DNA from: Vicugna vicugna
Lineage: Eukaryota
Length of the DNA stretch: 64,000 nucleotides
Reading direction: 5' to 3'
Assembly (NCBI GenBank): GCA_013265495.1
Contig: MU057521.1
Location: 310,001-374,000 of the forward strand
Below are positions 38,881-50,838 of this stretch, in pieces. The notes under the pieces are model-generated. The model made no database searches. It was not told the DNA's origin and saw nothing but the letters and a program-made list of their open reading frames with translations. Every line of letters begins with the position of its first letter. The stretch's first letter is position 1. The position numbers and the translations under genes were made by a program.

Positions 38881-40325
38881 GACAGCAGAGAGAGAATTCC
38901 ATCCCAGGTCTATTTACCCCAAAAGCTTTTTTCAGTATGCCATTTTGCTTTTTCACTTACAAACAAAACAAAATAAACAAATCCCCCAGTTTTGCTGCAC
39001 CAGCACAAGGTCACACAGGTGGTGGAGAGCTCACTGGGGTTGCCATAGGCAAGAGGGTACCCCTTTCTTAGCTGGGTCCTATAGGATTAAAATAACTGTA
39101 CACTTGGAAGCTTAACTTCTCCAAAATGCCAACCCTTATTCTGTAAAAAGAGACTGTAATAGGATTTTCCTTGGCCACCTAGCAAGGTTATTGTTAGGTG
39201 TGAAATAAATGTAAGAAATATTAAAATATAAGGTATGTAAAATAAGAAATTATTATATTTTAAAAGTATATTATTATACCTATATACTTTTTTAAACTTA
39301 TGAAAATTATACATTTTCACTTAAAATTTGAGACTAAATATGAACGAACCAAATAAAAGAACCAAAACAGAAAGCATTTATTTCACCATGTGATCATTTT
39401 TAAGTTTACTTAGCTAATGATAACAGTCACATTTATTGAGTAATTCCATGTGCAGACATTGTTCTATATGTTTTATATGTAGGTGTTCATTTAACCCTAT
39501 GCACATATCCTTCTAAAAACCTGGGTGTTTAGTTTTCTTTTATAAAATATTAGTGAAACTTGGTGTAGCATGCACTGCCTTGTTGCATCTAGGCAGGTAA
39601 TTTTAGGAACTAGAGTTGAGCCTGATTTATTAGTCATATTGAAGTCACTTTATAAACTGACTTCAAAGGGGCACCTTTCTTTACATGAGCCAAGATCCTT
39701 TTCACTCTCATTCTAGAGCCTGTCAGGATAGACGCTGATAGGTCACAGAGAGAGTTTCCAAACATATGAAGCAACCGTTTTGAGAGCTCAGCCAATGTTC
39801 CCATTGTCAATTTGTTTTAATGACAACCTTCTGGCTGAGTGACAATGAGTGCCCAGTCACAACTAAATTTATCTTCAGGGTAGCGACCACAGGCTTAAAG
39901 TTTTGAGTCACTTTAAAAATTTTAAGTTCTCCAATTTGACCACAACTTACATTATCAGAGTTAAGGTATTAACATTGGCTATCAAACTGATTTTTATAAG
40001 TTATAAAGCAGTTAGAAAAAAAAAAGTCTAAATGTAATTTCACTATAATAGAGGCTAGACATACTTAATCATACTTATACAGGTTCCTGAAGGTCATATG
40101 AATTATTTTCCAACTCTGAGAATATGGCCTCTTTTAACTCAGCAGCCTGGAAAATCAAGGCCAGGATTTAATCTGCTCAAGGGCAGGATATGACTTTGTA
40201 CATTTTTAATGGGATAAAAACATGAGGAATCTCTTCTCATTGTGCCAACTGAGGCTATACTGTCTATATTCTTGCTTTAGTAATTTCTTTTATTTGTTTC
40301 TTCACTCATGGTTTGGATTTCTTAC

Positions 40326-40503
40326 CATGTGCAAGATACATACAAAGGTCTAAATGCTGAGCGGTTCAAACACGAAATTCCATGCCTTGCTTTTCAGAGA
40401 TCTGGCGAGGCACGGAAACAGCTGACTGTCATACCACTGTGCTCTTCTAGTGTATGATTTTGCAGTTCTTCAATATGAGTTCAACGTTCAGAATTCTAAT
40501 CGT
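40326..40503 (-). other. Candidate 178-nt exon
   Basis: Minus strand: ttccatgattcctag acceptor, ATG|GTAAGA donor; locally CpG-enriched; stops in all three frames. Confidence 0.3.
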
Positions 40504-42164
40504 CTAGGAATCATGGAATATTAATATTAAGTTGTTTTGCCTAATTAATGGAATACATCACTACCTCTGTAATGGCATTTTCTCATGTCTTTACAACTTA
40601 CTTATTTACATATGTTAGTTCATCTATTAGCCTGCAAGCACAAGCTGATTAATTTGTGTATCTCCTAAAACAGTTATTCCAGTGCACACTGGGAAAAACC
40701 AATTTACTCAATTTGCTCAATGAAAGAATGAAAAAAGAAAATGACTGAATTTTAGGTTAAATTTGTGGCTAGTAGTATAATATTTATTACTACTGCTATT
40801 TACTTCTTCAAAGATCATTTTTAAGAATAACAATTAAAATTTTAATTTAACACATTTTCGTAACATTAGGCTCTAAGTATTAAATATTTTTCCAGTTTAA
40901 GTTTACAATGCAATTGTTATTAGTAAATAATTGATTGAAACATACATAAATTGCAAATTTGGAAAAAAATCACGCTCAAGTAAAAATTTATTGACAATGC
41001 TCCAACTAATGAGATGCATGGGGGAGTTATGGTACCTGGATAATAGGAGACTTCCTTTAGTGTTTTTAGTTGTTTCTTTGGTATTTTCACACCTTTAGGT
41101 AACATGGGATACTATTCAGAATGGGCGACAAGTATGTCTTTCATTTGGGTACTTTTTTTCCCCATAGTCTACTCATTTTATTTAAGGCTGATAAGCTTTT
41201 TAAAAATAATTTCATGCCAAAAATGCTAATGAAAGCTTTGTGAGAATAACATTTTAGATGGGACAAAGATGGTGAACACAAATCCAGTTGACTATGGGGT
41301 AGAATTTACAGATTTTTTTCGCATAAATTAAAAAGTAGATTTTTTTCCAAATGCAATTCATTTATTTTCTCATCCTTTCAAAAAATTATAATTAAATTTT
41401 CATTCAATATTACCATGGAAATAATCCTCTAAAACATTCATAGACCTACCTACTGTCTCTTCTTGATTCTAGAAAACCTAGAATTAATTTGTAGCACATT
41501 TATCATTTACTAATTTTCATGTAATGGAATGCTGTAAAGGTTAGTTGCAAAAATATACAGTAGAAATCTCTTGGGGGAGATACTCTGATTTAATAATTAC
41601 TGTATTCATTCAAGACAGTCACGGAGAAGCAAGTCTGGTGTTCTTATTGGTTCTATTCCCTAAATTTTATTTTCTCATTTTAAAAGTTAGACTTGATTTA
41701 ATAACTACTTGAGGTAAAACTATTGTACCTCAAATTCTTTCATTTTTCATTTATATGTAGTTGAGCATTTCCCTTGTTTTTTGAAAGTCTGCTTTCTGTC
41801 ATTTTGCTTTTACAAAAGACCAAGATTAGTACCTGTTTACACTAACTGGAGGAAATTCAAAGAGGATTTTTGTTTTTATGAAAAAAGAGTGTGTGTTTTG
41901 CAAGGAGCCATGATAGAGGCAGTGTGCATCCTGAGCAGCCAGGGTAGTGCCACCCAGCTCCTTCCCCTGGAAATCCACTCAACATCTCAGCACCTCAGCA
42001 TCAAGCCCCACATCTTTGAACTGTTGGTGAGCACCTGGGCTTTATCTCCTTATTCTGTGCATCCATTAGCAAAATGTGTCCTAAGGTAACTGATTGCTTC
42101 TCTGCTTTACGCCTTTTTGGCTCATGAAGGGGTTCACAGGAACACTCTACTTCTGGATCGCGGG

Positions 42165-42654
42165 GAAACTTGTACAACGTTGTGTAAATTTGAGTTGTAA
42201 AACGTGCTCTTTGATACACTTACATACTGTGAAATGATTACCACAATAGGGTTAGTTAACATCTCAACCCCCTCACTTAATTACCATTTCTTTTTCTGTG
42301 GTGGTAACATTTAAGATCTACTCTTTTAGCCACTTTCAAGTACTATTACTATTAACTGCAATCATCATGCTGTACGTTAGCTCTCCAGAACTTACTCATC
42401 TTACAACTGCAAGTTTGTGCCCTTTGATCAACACCTCTCAATTTCCACCATGTCCTAGCCCCGGCAACCACCTTTCTACTTTCTGTTCCTATGAATTCAG
42501 TTTTTTTTTTAAGATGCCACATACAAGTAATATCATTCAGTGTATTTTTTTCTGTCTTATTTCACTAATTATAATGCCCTCCAAGTCCATCCATGATGAC
42601 ACAAATGGCAGGGTTTCCTTCTTTCTCATAGCTCACACACACACACACACACAC

Positions 42655-42701
<47 letters not shown>

Positions 42702-43312
42702 ATCTATCTATCTATCTATCTAAAACATGTCCTTTATTCATTCATTTGTAGAAGCACAGAAGTTATTCCCACATTCTGGCTATTATGAATAATGCTCCAA
42801 TGAACATGAAGTAAATATCCTGAGCTCATTTCCTTTGGATACACACACCCAGAGGTAGTATTGCTGGATCATAACTCTATTTTAATTTTTCAAGAAACCT
42901 CCATGCTGCTCTCCATAGTGGCTATACCAATTTGCTTTCCCATCAATAGTGCACAAGGGTTCCCTTTTCTCCACATCCGCATCAGCATTTATTCTCTCTT
43001 GTTTTTATGATAACAGCCATTCTAACATGTGAGATGATCTCTCATTGTGGTTTTCATCTGCAGTTTTTCTGATTAGTGATGGTAAGCATCTTTTCATGCG
43101 CCTGTTGGCCATTTGCATGTCTTGTTTAGAAATGTGTCTGTTCAGTTCCTTTGCCCATTTTAAAGTGAATTTTTTTTAATTATTTAGCTGTATGAGTTCC
43201 TTATACTTATATTGAATACTAACCCCTTAACAGATATATGAGTCACAAATATTTTCTCCTATTTTATAGCTTCCCTTTTCATTTTGTTGACTATTTCTTT
43301 TGCTGTACAAGT
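42165..43312 (-). mobile_element. L1 (L1MA/MB-like) ORF2 end and 3'UTR
   Basis: tgtgaaatgattaccacaat, ttaagatctactcttttagc, ccatagtggctataccaattt, agggttcccttttctccacatcc. Confidence 0.9.
42634..42722. repeat. (CA)n(TATC)n microsatellite inside L1
   Basis: Directly visible. Confidence 0.95.
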
Positions 43313-44463
43313 TTTTGTCTGTTTGTTTGCAGCATTAAAGTCTTGTGTAGCTGTCTTCAGATGTTAACTCCCGGAGAGTAATCCCTTCCCATCTGCTAGG
43401 GAGTCGGACGCTTCTCAGACCTACAGCCTGCACCACACTGCTTGCTCCCCCTTGTGGTTGTATTTTGAGACGGATGCCTTCTCTTCATCCCGAAACGCCG
43501 CAGCCCTGTGCGCACAACCTCCCTATTGCTTTTCCAAGGCCAGAGCCCAAGCTGAAGTTTGTGGTCTCTCTCTAGCCCACAATTTCAGCCAGCTTTTGGA
43601 GTGTGATCACTGGCCCCCTGCCGAAGTTTGCTCTCACCCATCGGGCGTGTGCACAGGGAGCTGGCCACAGGGAGCTGGCCACAGGGTTGGAGGAGAGTGG
43701 GTATGGGTGAGGTGCACAGAGGTCCTGAGAGTGCCTGGGTGCCATTTAGGGGAACCTGCAGGTGAGGCAACCCCAGGACTCATAGGTGGGTTTCTTGATG
43801 GAACCCATGACTGACGTTTCAGGATCTTCATCCCTTTAAATGCCTTTCGAGAGTCCTTACCTGCAGCTCTCCTAGCCTCATCCTGACCCTAGTCCTGCAG
43901 CTCACAACTCAGCACTCCGGATGGGACGAGAGAGATAGGCCACTTTGGCAGCTTCCCACACAGCTAGGGAAGCTGGCGTTTACTCTCACGCTCACTTTCC
44001 TATAGCAGAAATCCAGGCCCAGAGCTGGGCTTCCCTTGGCACTGAGGGGCACTGCCTTGGGGCAGGCACGATGCGGGTGAAGTAAATCTGTTCTCTTACC
44101 CTCCCAAAGGTGTCCAATTTCGTTTTGTTTTTTTGCTCCAGCGGTGTGCTAGAACTTGTTGGCTGAAACCTGGACTTCCACAAAGGCTTTCCCATCCATG
44201 GTTGACTTTCTAAGATAATGTTCTCCAAGGGCTCGCAGACCGCAGCCAAGAGGGGCTGGAGCTGGTCTGAAGTTACTTCCGGGTCCACAGCTGGGCCCAA
44301 GGTCTGTGTGTATTTGCCCAACACATGGGTGGAAAAGACTCCTCCTGGTCCCTTGGTGTATGGTGCTGAATCCCATACTTCTGTCCACGGATAGATGCCA
44401 AATTGCTGTTAAGGAAGGGCTATGAGTGAGGGACATCTTATTTGGCAATGTTGCGGATGTCAC
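43313..44463 (-). mobile_element. GC-rich L1 5'UTR (L1M-type 5' end)
   Basis: Minus strand begins gtgacatccgcaacattgccaaataag...cagcaatttggcatctatccgtggacagaagt, resembling old L1 5' termini; CpG-rich; 14-bp tandem repeat at 43652-43686. Confidence 0.7.
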
Positions 44464-47287
44464 TGTATAAAAAAGCTCGTTCATTTTCAAAAGACACTGT
44501 TAGCTCATACAAATATAGATAAAGGAACACTGTGTATGCAGGTAGGGGTGCGTGTCATGGCAAAAGCGTTGGGTGCTCGGGCAGGGTCTCACGAAGGGAC
44601 GATCCCCAGGATCTTGGATCTGCAGCTTTACAAGTTCAGGAACAAAAGAAGCCAATGAATGAGGCATTCTGCGGGGTGATTTGGTAATTTCATTTCATTC
44701 CACCCAGTAAATCTGTAAGAGAGATGTTATCTCAGTTCATAGAGATTAGGCACCTGAGACTCCCGCAGCTGGCCCCCTGCCCGAGGTTATGCAGTTAAAG
44801 AAGTGGGGGACTTGAGACACAAACTTGGACTCATCTGACATGAGAACCACTTCTTAAGGGGAGAGCTGTAGGAATGTGACTTGCCTGGGGTAGAATGGGT
44901 TCCAGAGGACTGATGTCTTTGGCTTATCAAGAGGGAAAATAAAAGAAGAAAAGGGGAAAGAAAAAGAAAATCAAGCAAGTAGGCACTGTGCTGAGTAGCT
45001 GTGGGCTCCTCTTCAATCTGAGTTCTACACTCGGTAGTTTAGCTGAGTTTAACTGCACAGCGCAGTCTCTTTTCTGGTGTCCTGCCCAGGGCAACTAACT
45101 TTGGGACTTCATATCAGAGTTTTCAGGCTCTTAATGGCAATTCTGTACCTGGGTTTCTAATTCCATGAGCATGCACCAGCCATTTATTCTGACTGGAGTT
45201 TTAAACCGCATCAAAACAAGGTTCACTTTGTACTCATTAATTTTTTTCAATCTGAGGGAGCTTATTGAATCTTTCTCTCTCCTTTCACTTGTAGAAGTTC
45301 ACAAATGCCATCAGAGAAACTTCCACGCAGGCAACCAAGATCAGAATTACTTCTACAAAATGGACCAAAACTTAATTTGCTGCAACTTCTTCACAATTTC
45401 AAGGCTATTTTCTAATTTAAATGGTGAGAATAATTGGGTTGCAGAGAATTACAGTCTATAACATCTTGGCAACTTTTGACAAGCATTTTTTCCCATCTAG
45501 GACAGAACCTTAGCTTCTTAAGTGCAGAAATAGAGTTGTTGGAAAACACTACAATGTCCAACATAGACAGAAAGATCAGGACACTTCGTTGAAAGGCTTT
45601 GTGCCACATCACAGTGCATCTCAACCCCAAAAGGAAAAAACAACAACAACAACAACAAAAGGACGTGGCTATCAAAATAACGAACACGGGCACACTCTAA
45701 ACCCAGCAGTGGGAACAGAAAGAAAGACTCACAGTTGAAGTGGGCTGAAGAAATGACAAAGATGCTTCTTAAAATTAATGATCACCTACTCTGGTTCTGC
45801 CTTTTTTTTTTTTTTTCTGACTAAGTCATACCTCTATTGCTTAAAGCAATGCATGTTGCTGGTTCCTCACTTTTTTAAATAGCACTTGCAGTGAGTGATA
45901 ATGTAACAACACAGGGCACAGTGTGAACAGCCAACAAGAGAATCATTTAAACAAATGGATTTGTAAAACATGATTGTTTTAAGCCTGTCCGTGTCAGGAC
46001 TGCAATTTGAATTAAACATAAGGTGACTTCTTTCACTGAATCAATAAGTGCAAATAACATTGCTCGCAACCATGTTTTATTTCACAGACAAAAATGGTTC
46101 TTAACAGCTTTCTGAAGGCTGTGCTTCAGCCACCTGCTGTTTAAATTGTTTGCTTTTTCTTGCAAAATTTGTTCTTTTGCAACATTAAAACAGGCAGACT
46201 TGCAGTCAGCTCACTTGGGGCTAGAGTCCAGGGATGTTTGAAAAGCACTTTCTTAATGAGCACCACAACTTCCCGCACCTTTCCTACTGGCAAATCAGAA
46301 CACTAGGAAGAGCAGAGGGGTTGGCTGGAAGCTAGTTTGCCTCAAATTTTTATCAGCATCAGCTGACTTTAACATCAGAGGCAATTTCTACCACTTTCTC
46401 AAAGAGAGTCTTCTAATGGTCCAAGTGAGTTCAGGATTTCTAAAAAGCTGGTTCTATTGGCGACTCAGTGCTTCCACAGTAACCTGGATTAGTGAGAAAT
46501 TAAGGAAATAGATAACATCTACTCTGTCCTTGTCTCCTGCTTCCATTTTTTTTGTGAAATAAAACTGAGGCCATTATAACATTTTTTATTCGTGTAGTTA
46601 TTGGGTATCTTGAAAAGTACTGACATTGGGCCAAGCTGTCTTTAGCTTGAAATGTTGTATAATTCTTGAAGCATAATCCGGAGGAGGGAAGATTAACTAA
46701 TTATAAAGGTTTTTTATCATCTTTTTTTTTTTTGGTTGGCCAAATTCATAGAAATCGGTATTACTGATTTTCATTGCTTATTCCAATCTTCTGTTCTTCT
46801 CAAAATTCCAAAATGAATACCTAAAAGAACGAGGTCACTGAACCTGTGGCATCACTGGGAAAAAATAAACAAAACCCACTAGAGGGACTATTTTTCAGAC
46901 ATTAATGCATATTTTAAATGGGTCATTTTCTGAGTCCTTGGTTTTTCTGATCTAGAAAATAATGTGTGTTTTGTGCAGAGTACAAGCAGGCACTTGAAAT
47001 TTAGGCTGAAATAATTGGTATGATGAAACTGTCAGAGTATTAAAGAAATAAAACTAATACTTAGTTCATAAATATTTCATGAAGGTTGATGAATATATTT
47101 TTAATAACCTTTATTGTTTCAGAAATGAATAAAATCTTGAAAATTACATAGTAATGTTTCCCCCTAAATAACCTTATCTCTTCTCCTAAAATAAATTCTA
47201 TGTTTAAATTAAAATCAAATTTTAGTTTTAGACATCTGAAATAAAATACATACAATAAAAACATATCTAGGGGAAGTGGTGCCTTGG

Positions 47288-47906
47288 TATGGCAGGATGG
47301 ATCTAAGATGGATCCCTTATAATCTGTATCTTGAATATAAATACCTTTCCCTTGAGTGTTTCTGGGGCCTGTGAATTCCTTCTGGCCAATAGAAAGTGGC
47401 AAAGATAAAAGGATTTTGAAGATGAATAAGGTTCCCAAATCAATTGATTTTGAATTAACCAAAAGGAATACTTTTCCAGGGAGGGCCTGACCTAATCAGG
47501 TGAAAATTCTTATAGGAGAATTGGTTTTCCTCGAGATTAGAGACTTATCTTGTAGGCTTGGGGATGTAAGCAGCCACCCTGGAGAAGGGCACCTGTCGAG
47601 GAACTATGAGCAGCTCTTAGGACCTTAGTGTGGCATATGGCTAACAGCCAGCAAGAGGCTGGAAGCTGGAGACCCTCTACAGTTGCAAGGACAACGTGAA
47701 TAATCTGGGAAGTAGATTCTTTCCCAGTTAGGCCACTAGATGGAAAGGCAGCCCAGCCAACAGGTTGAGTGCTGTTTTCTGAGTCAGAGGATCCAGCTAA
47801 GCTGGGTCCAGACTGCTAACCCATGGAAACTGAAATAATAAATATATGCTTTTCTAAGCCACTAAGATTGTGCTAATTTATTATACAGCAATAGAAAGGG
47901 ACTGCA
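47288..47906 (+). mobile_element. MaLR LTR (MLT1E-like)
   Basis: aatcaattgattttgaattaaccaaaagg...gggcctgacctaatcaggtga...ctaagccactaagattgtg...tacagcaatagaaa. Confidence 0.8.
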
Positions 47907-48396
47907 CTTTTAAAAGGTGCCTAACTATTCTTATATGGTCTGTCTCCAAAACATCTCCCCTCCTCCACCAATACACAGTCACGCAATACAACTCAATTTA
48001 AATCCCACATATGTTTTAAAGGAGTTACTTTAATGGTGCTAGAAACTTTGGAAGTCACCAGCTACAAGACATAAAATTTAAGAATAAATACTGCATGAGC
48101 TTTAAGAAGTCCTCCCATATTCAGAGAAAATAGTAAAAGGCAGTTTTAGCTCTTCTTCCTTTGAAGGAAGTTCATTGACCCTGGAAATAGGAAAGATTTA
48201 AACATAGCTCTTAATTTGAATGACCAAGTGCTGAAGTGAAGAAAGAACGTGGGGGCGAGATGGGAAATTATTTCGTCACAACAGTCATGAGTAGCCACAC
48301 CAGACTTGCGAATAACAGGACTGCCCTGTGACACACTGTATCCCTCATACTACAGAGATATCTTCTAACATGCAACACAAGACCTGGAAGACTCAC

Positions 48397-48570
48397 CATG
48401 TAACTTATTTCAGGCTGGACTAAAATGGGAACTTGACCCTTGGCACACAATCTCCCCCAAAACAGTGAAGAAACTACCATGCAGGGGGGGATTTCTCCTC
48501 TTGGGATGAGCCCTGGTCTCAGCTCCTCCCAAATTCTGTCTGATGATTTACTCATGTTCCAGTTTAAGGT
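48397..48570 (-). other. Candidate 174-nt phase-0 exon with open frame
   Basis: Minus strand: ataattttcttacag acceptor, ATG|GTGAGT donor; lies within track ORF 48268..48666. Confidence 0.3.
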
Positions 48571-48769
48571 CTGTAAGAAAATTATAGTAGCACCTAGATG
48601 ATTTTTCAAGGGACCTAAGGAGAACCCATGCCCACTATTATGGGATGAACAGCACGTTTTATTCACCCTTCAGGATGAATGCTAAGTGGGATCGGAGGGC
48701 TAGCTCCATAGCTGGAGAGCTACGTTCTTACTGAGGTTTCCACAATCTCCCCAGTCAGCCTCTCCGTTA

Positions 48770-49185
48770 CTCTGTTCTCATCTGCGACTCTCCTCTTTGG
48801 CCTTCCTGCTCCAGATTCACTAGTCTCCGTGATGTCACTGGAGTATGCTAGACACAGTCCCACCTTGGGGCCTTTTCCCTGGCAGTTCTCTGTCTGGAAT
48901 GCTCTTCCTCACATCACACTCTCAAGGTTTTGCTGCAATTTTACTCTCTTGGTGAGGCCCATCCCTAGCATAAGCACTCCCCACCTCTCTCATGCACCTC
49001 ACTCTTACCCAAAGTACTACCTACCATCTGACATATTACACATTCATTTCATTTACTATCTGTCTCCAGCCACAGAGTACAACCTCCCGGAGTAATGAGA
49101 TGTTGGTCCTTTGTGTTCACTGGTGACCCCAGTGCATTCCCATGAAGCATAGATTGCTGGTTAACTCAATCAACGTTTATTAAGT
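48770..49185 (+). mobile_element. L2 3' region
   Basis: caccttggggccttttccctggcagttctctgtctggaatgctcttcc...actcaatcaacgtttatt. Confidence 0.75.
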
Positions 49186-50493
49186 AAGATAGTCTTGGGA
49201 TTAAGAAAAAACTGGACAATATAGTCTATAACCAAAACAGTAGAAAAAAGAAAACCATGTTATAGACAAAATGTTTGACATCATCTTTCAAGAATACAGA
49301 TTACTAAGAACGAACAATACACAAACAGTAGACTATGACAGATCAGCTGAATGTCCCAACATAAAGCACATATACAGACCATCTATATTCTTAAAGCAAA
49401 ACAATGCGGAAAAAAATCACAATTAAATTTAATAGACGAAAATGTCCCTACATGGGGGTCTAACTATGGAAACTGCCACTGGTACATAATTCAAATGTTA
49501 AAAGTCAATTTATTCACCGAAGGAGAGACACTGACCGCATCTCAGAGTCTTTCCCACAGTAGAAAGTTCCCATAATGGTTCAAAATACTTAGAATTTTAG
49601 TGAGGAAAAATTATTGCCACAAATTATATGCTGAGCTAATTTGTTGTTCACATGACTTGGCACCTCAAGAAATATTATCAGATAGGAAAGTCCTCATTAA
49701 TATTTACCAATTTATCATTTATACATTATGTAAAAATATACTGTGTTAGGGGCATTTATTATATAAAGAACTCAAAATAACGGGATGTTGCAATACAGAA
49801 GGATTAGAAGAAAGCACTGATATCATTTAAACATAGAGTCATTTAACACGTTCCCATTGAACAAAGGAGAATCAAAAGCGTAGCTTAAACAGAACTACTG
49901 TTTCTTGTCTTCAGACCAACCAGAAGCCCTTTCTATCTAGTACAGACTGATGTTAAACATTTTTCTGAAACCTTCTTGCTCTTATGCTTAGCCTGAGACC
50001 ATCAGCCAACATGGCCAGGTTTTCTGGACCAAGTCACTAGGAAACAGTTGCTTGAGTATTAGCATCAAGAAGAAACGGACTGCTTTAGGAATACAGGATT
50101 TTCCATGTCCACCAATTTAAAGGAGGCCACCAGGAATTCTGTCTCATAATTTGTTTCGTTTACTCTCTACTTTGCTTACTATTGGATATTTCCTTATTTA
50201 TTATCCATTCCACTAAAAACATCAACTTCAAGAAGGAAGCTTATTTATGTCCTGTTTAGCATGGAACATGCTTAACATATGACTAGGGCTCAATTATTAT
50301 TTATTCAATAGATGAATTTCAGTTATAGTATGGAAATAATAATTTTTTTACATATTATATACTAGAGGTAGATCAGAGTATTTGAAAACAGCCATTATGA
50401 TACAGGTTACAGATTGGAATTTAATAGATTGCTAGGCTGAATGCAGCTCAGACTGCTGGTTAACTTGTCTCATGGATGAATTGTAAGATACAA

Positions 50494-50838
50494 CAAACTT
50501 CATTGTTGTCTTATTTTAAGAAATGCCACAGACACCCAACTGTAAGCCACCACCACCCTGCTTAGTTAGCAGCCATCAACATGGAGGCAAGACCCTCCAC
50601 CGAAAGACTATGACTTGCTGATGGCTTAGATGATCCTTAGTATTTTTTTTAGCAATGAAATTTTTTTAAGCTAGGGTATGTACCTCAGCTTTTCAGACAT
50701 AATGCTAGTACACACTTGATAGACTGCATTATAGCGTGAACATAACTTTCACATGCACTGGGAAACCCAAAAACTCTGCATGACTTGCTTCACTGTGGTG
50801 GCACAGGACTGACCCACAGTATCTCCGAGGTATGCCTG
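50494..50838 (+). mobile_element. Tigger1 DNA transposon 3' fragment
   Basis: cagccatcaacatggaggcaagaccctccacc...atgcactgggaaacccaaaa...atctccgaggtatgcctg (Tigger1 TIR). Confidence 0.9.

Noticed and set aside
42298..42723. 141-aa ORF
   Set aside because: Antisense L1 3'UTR plus microsatellite
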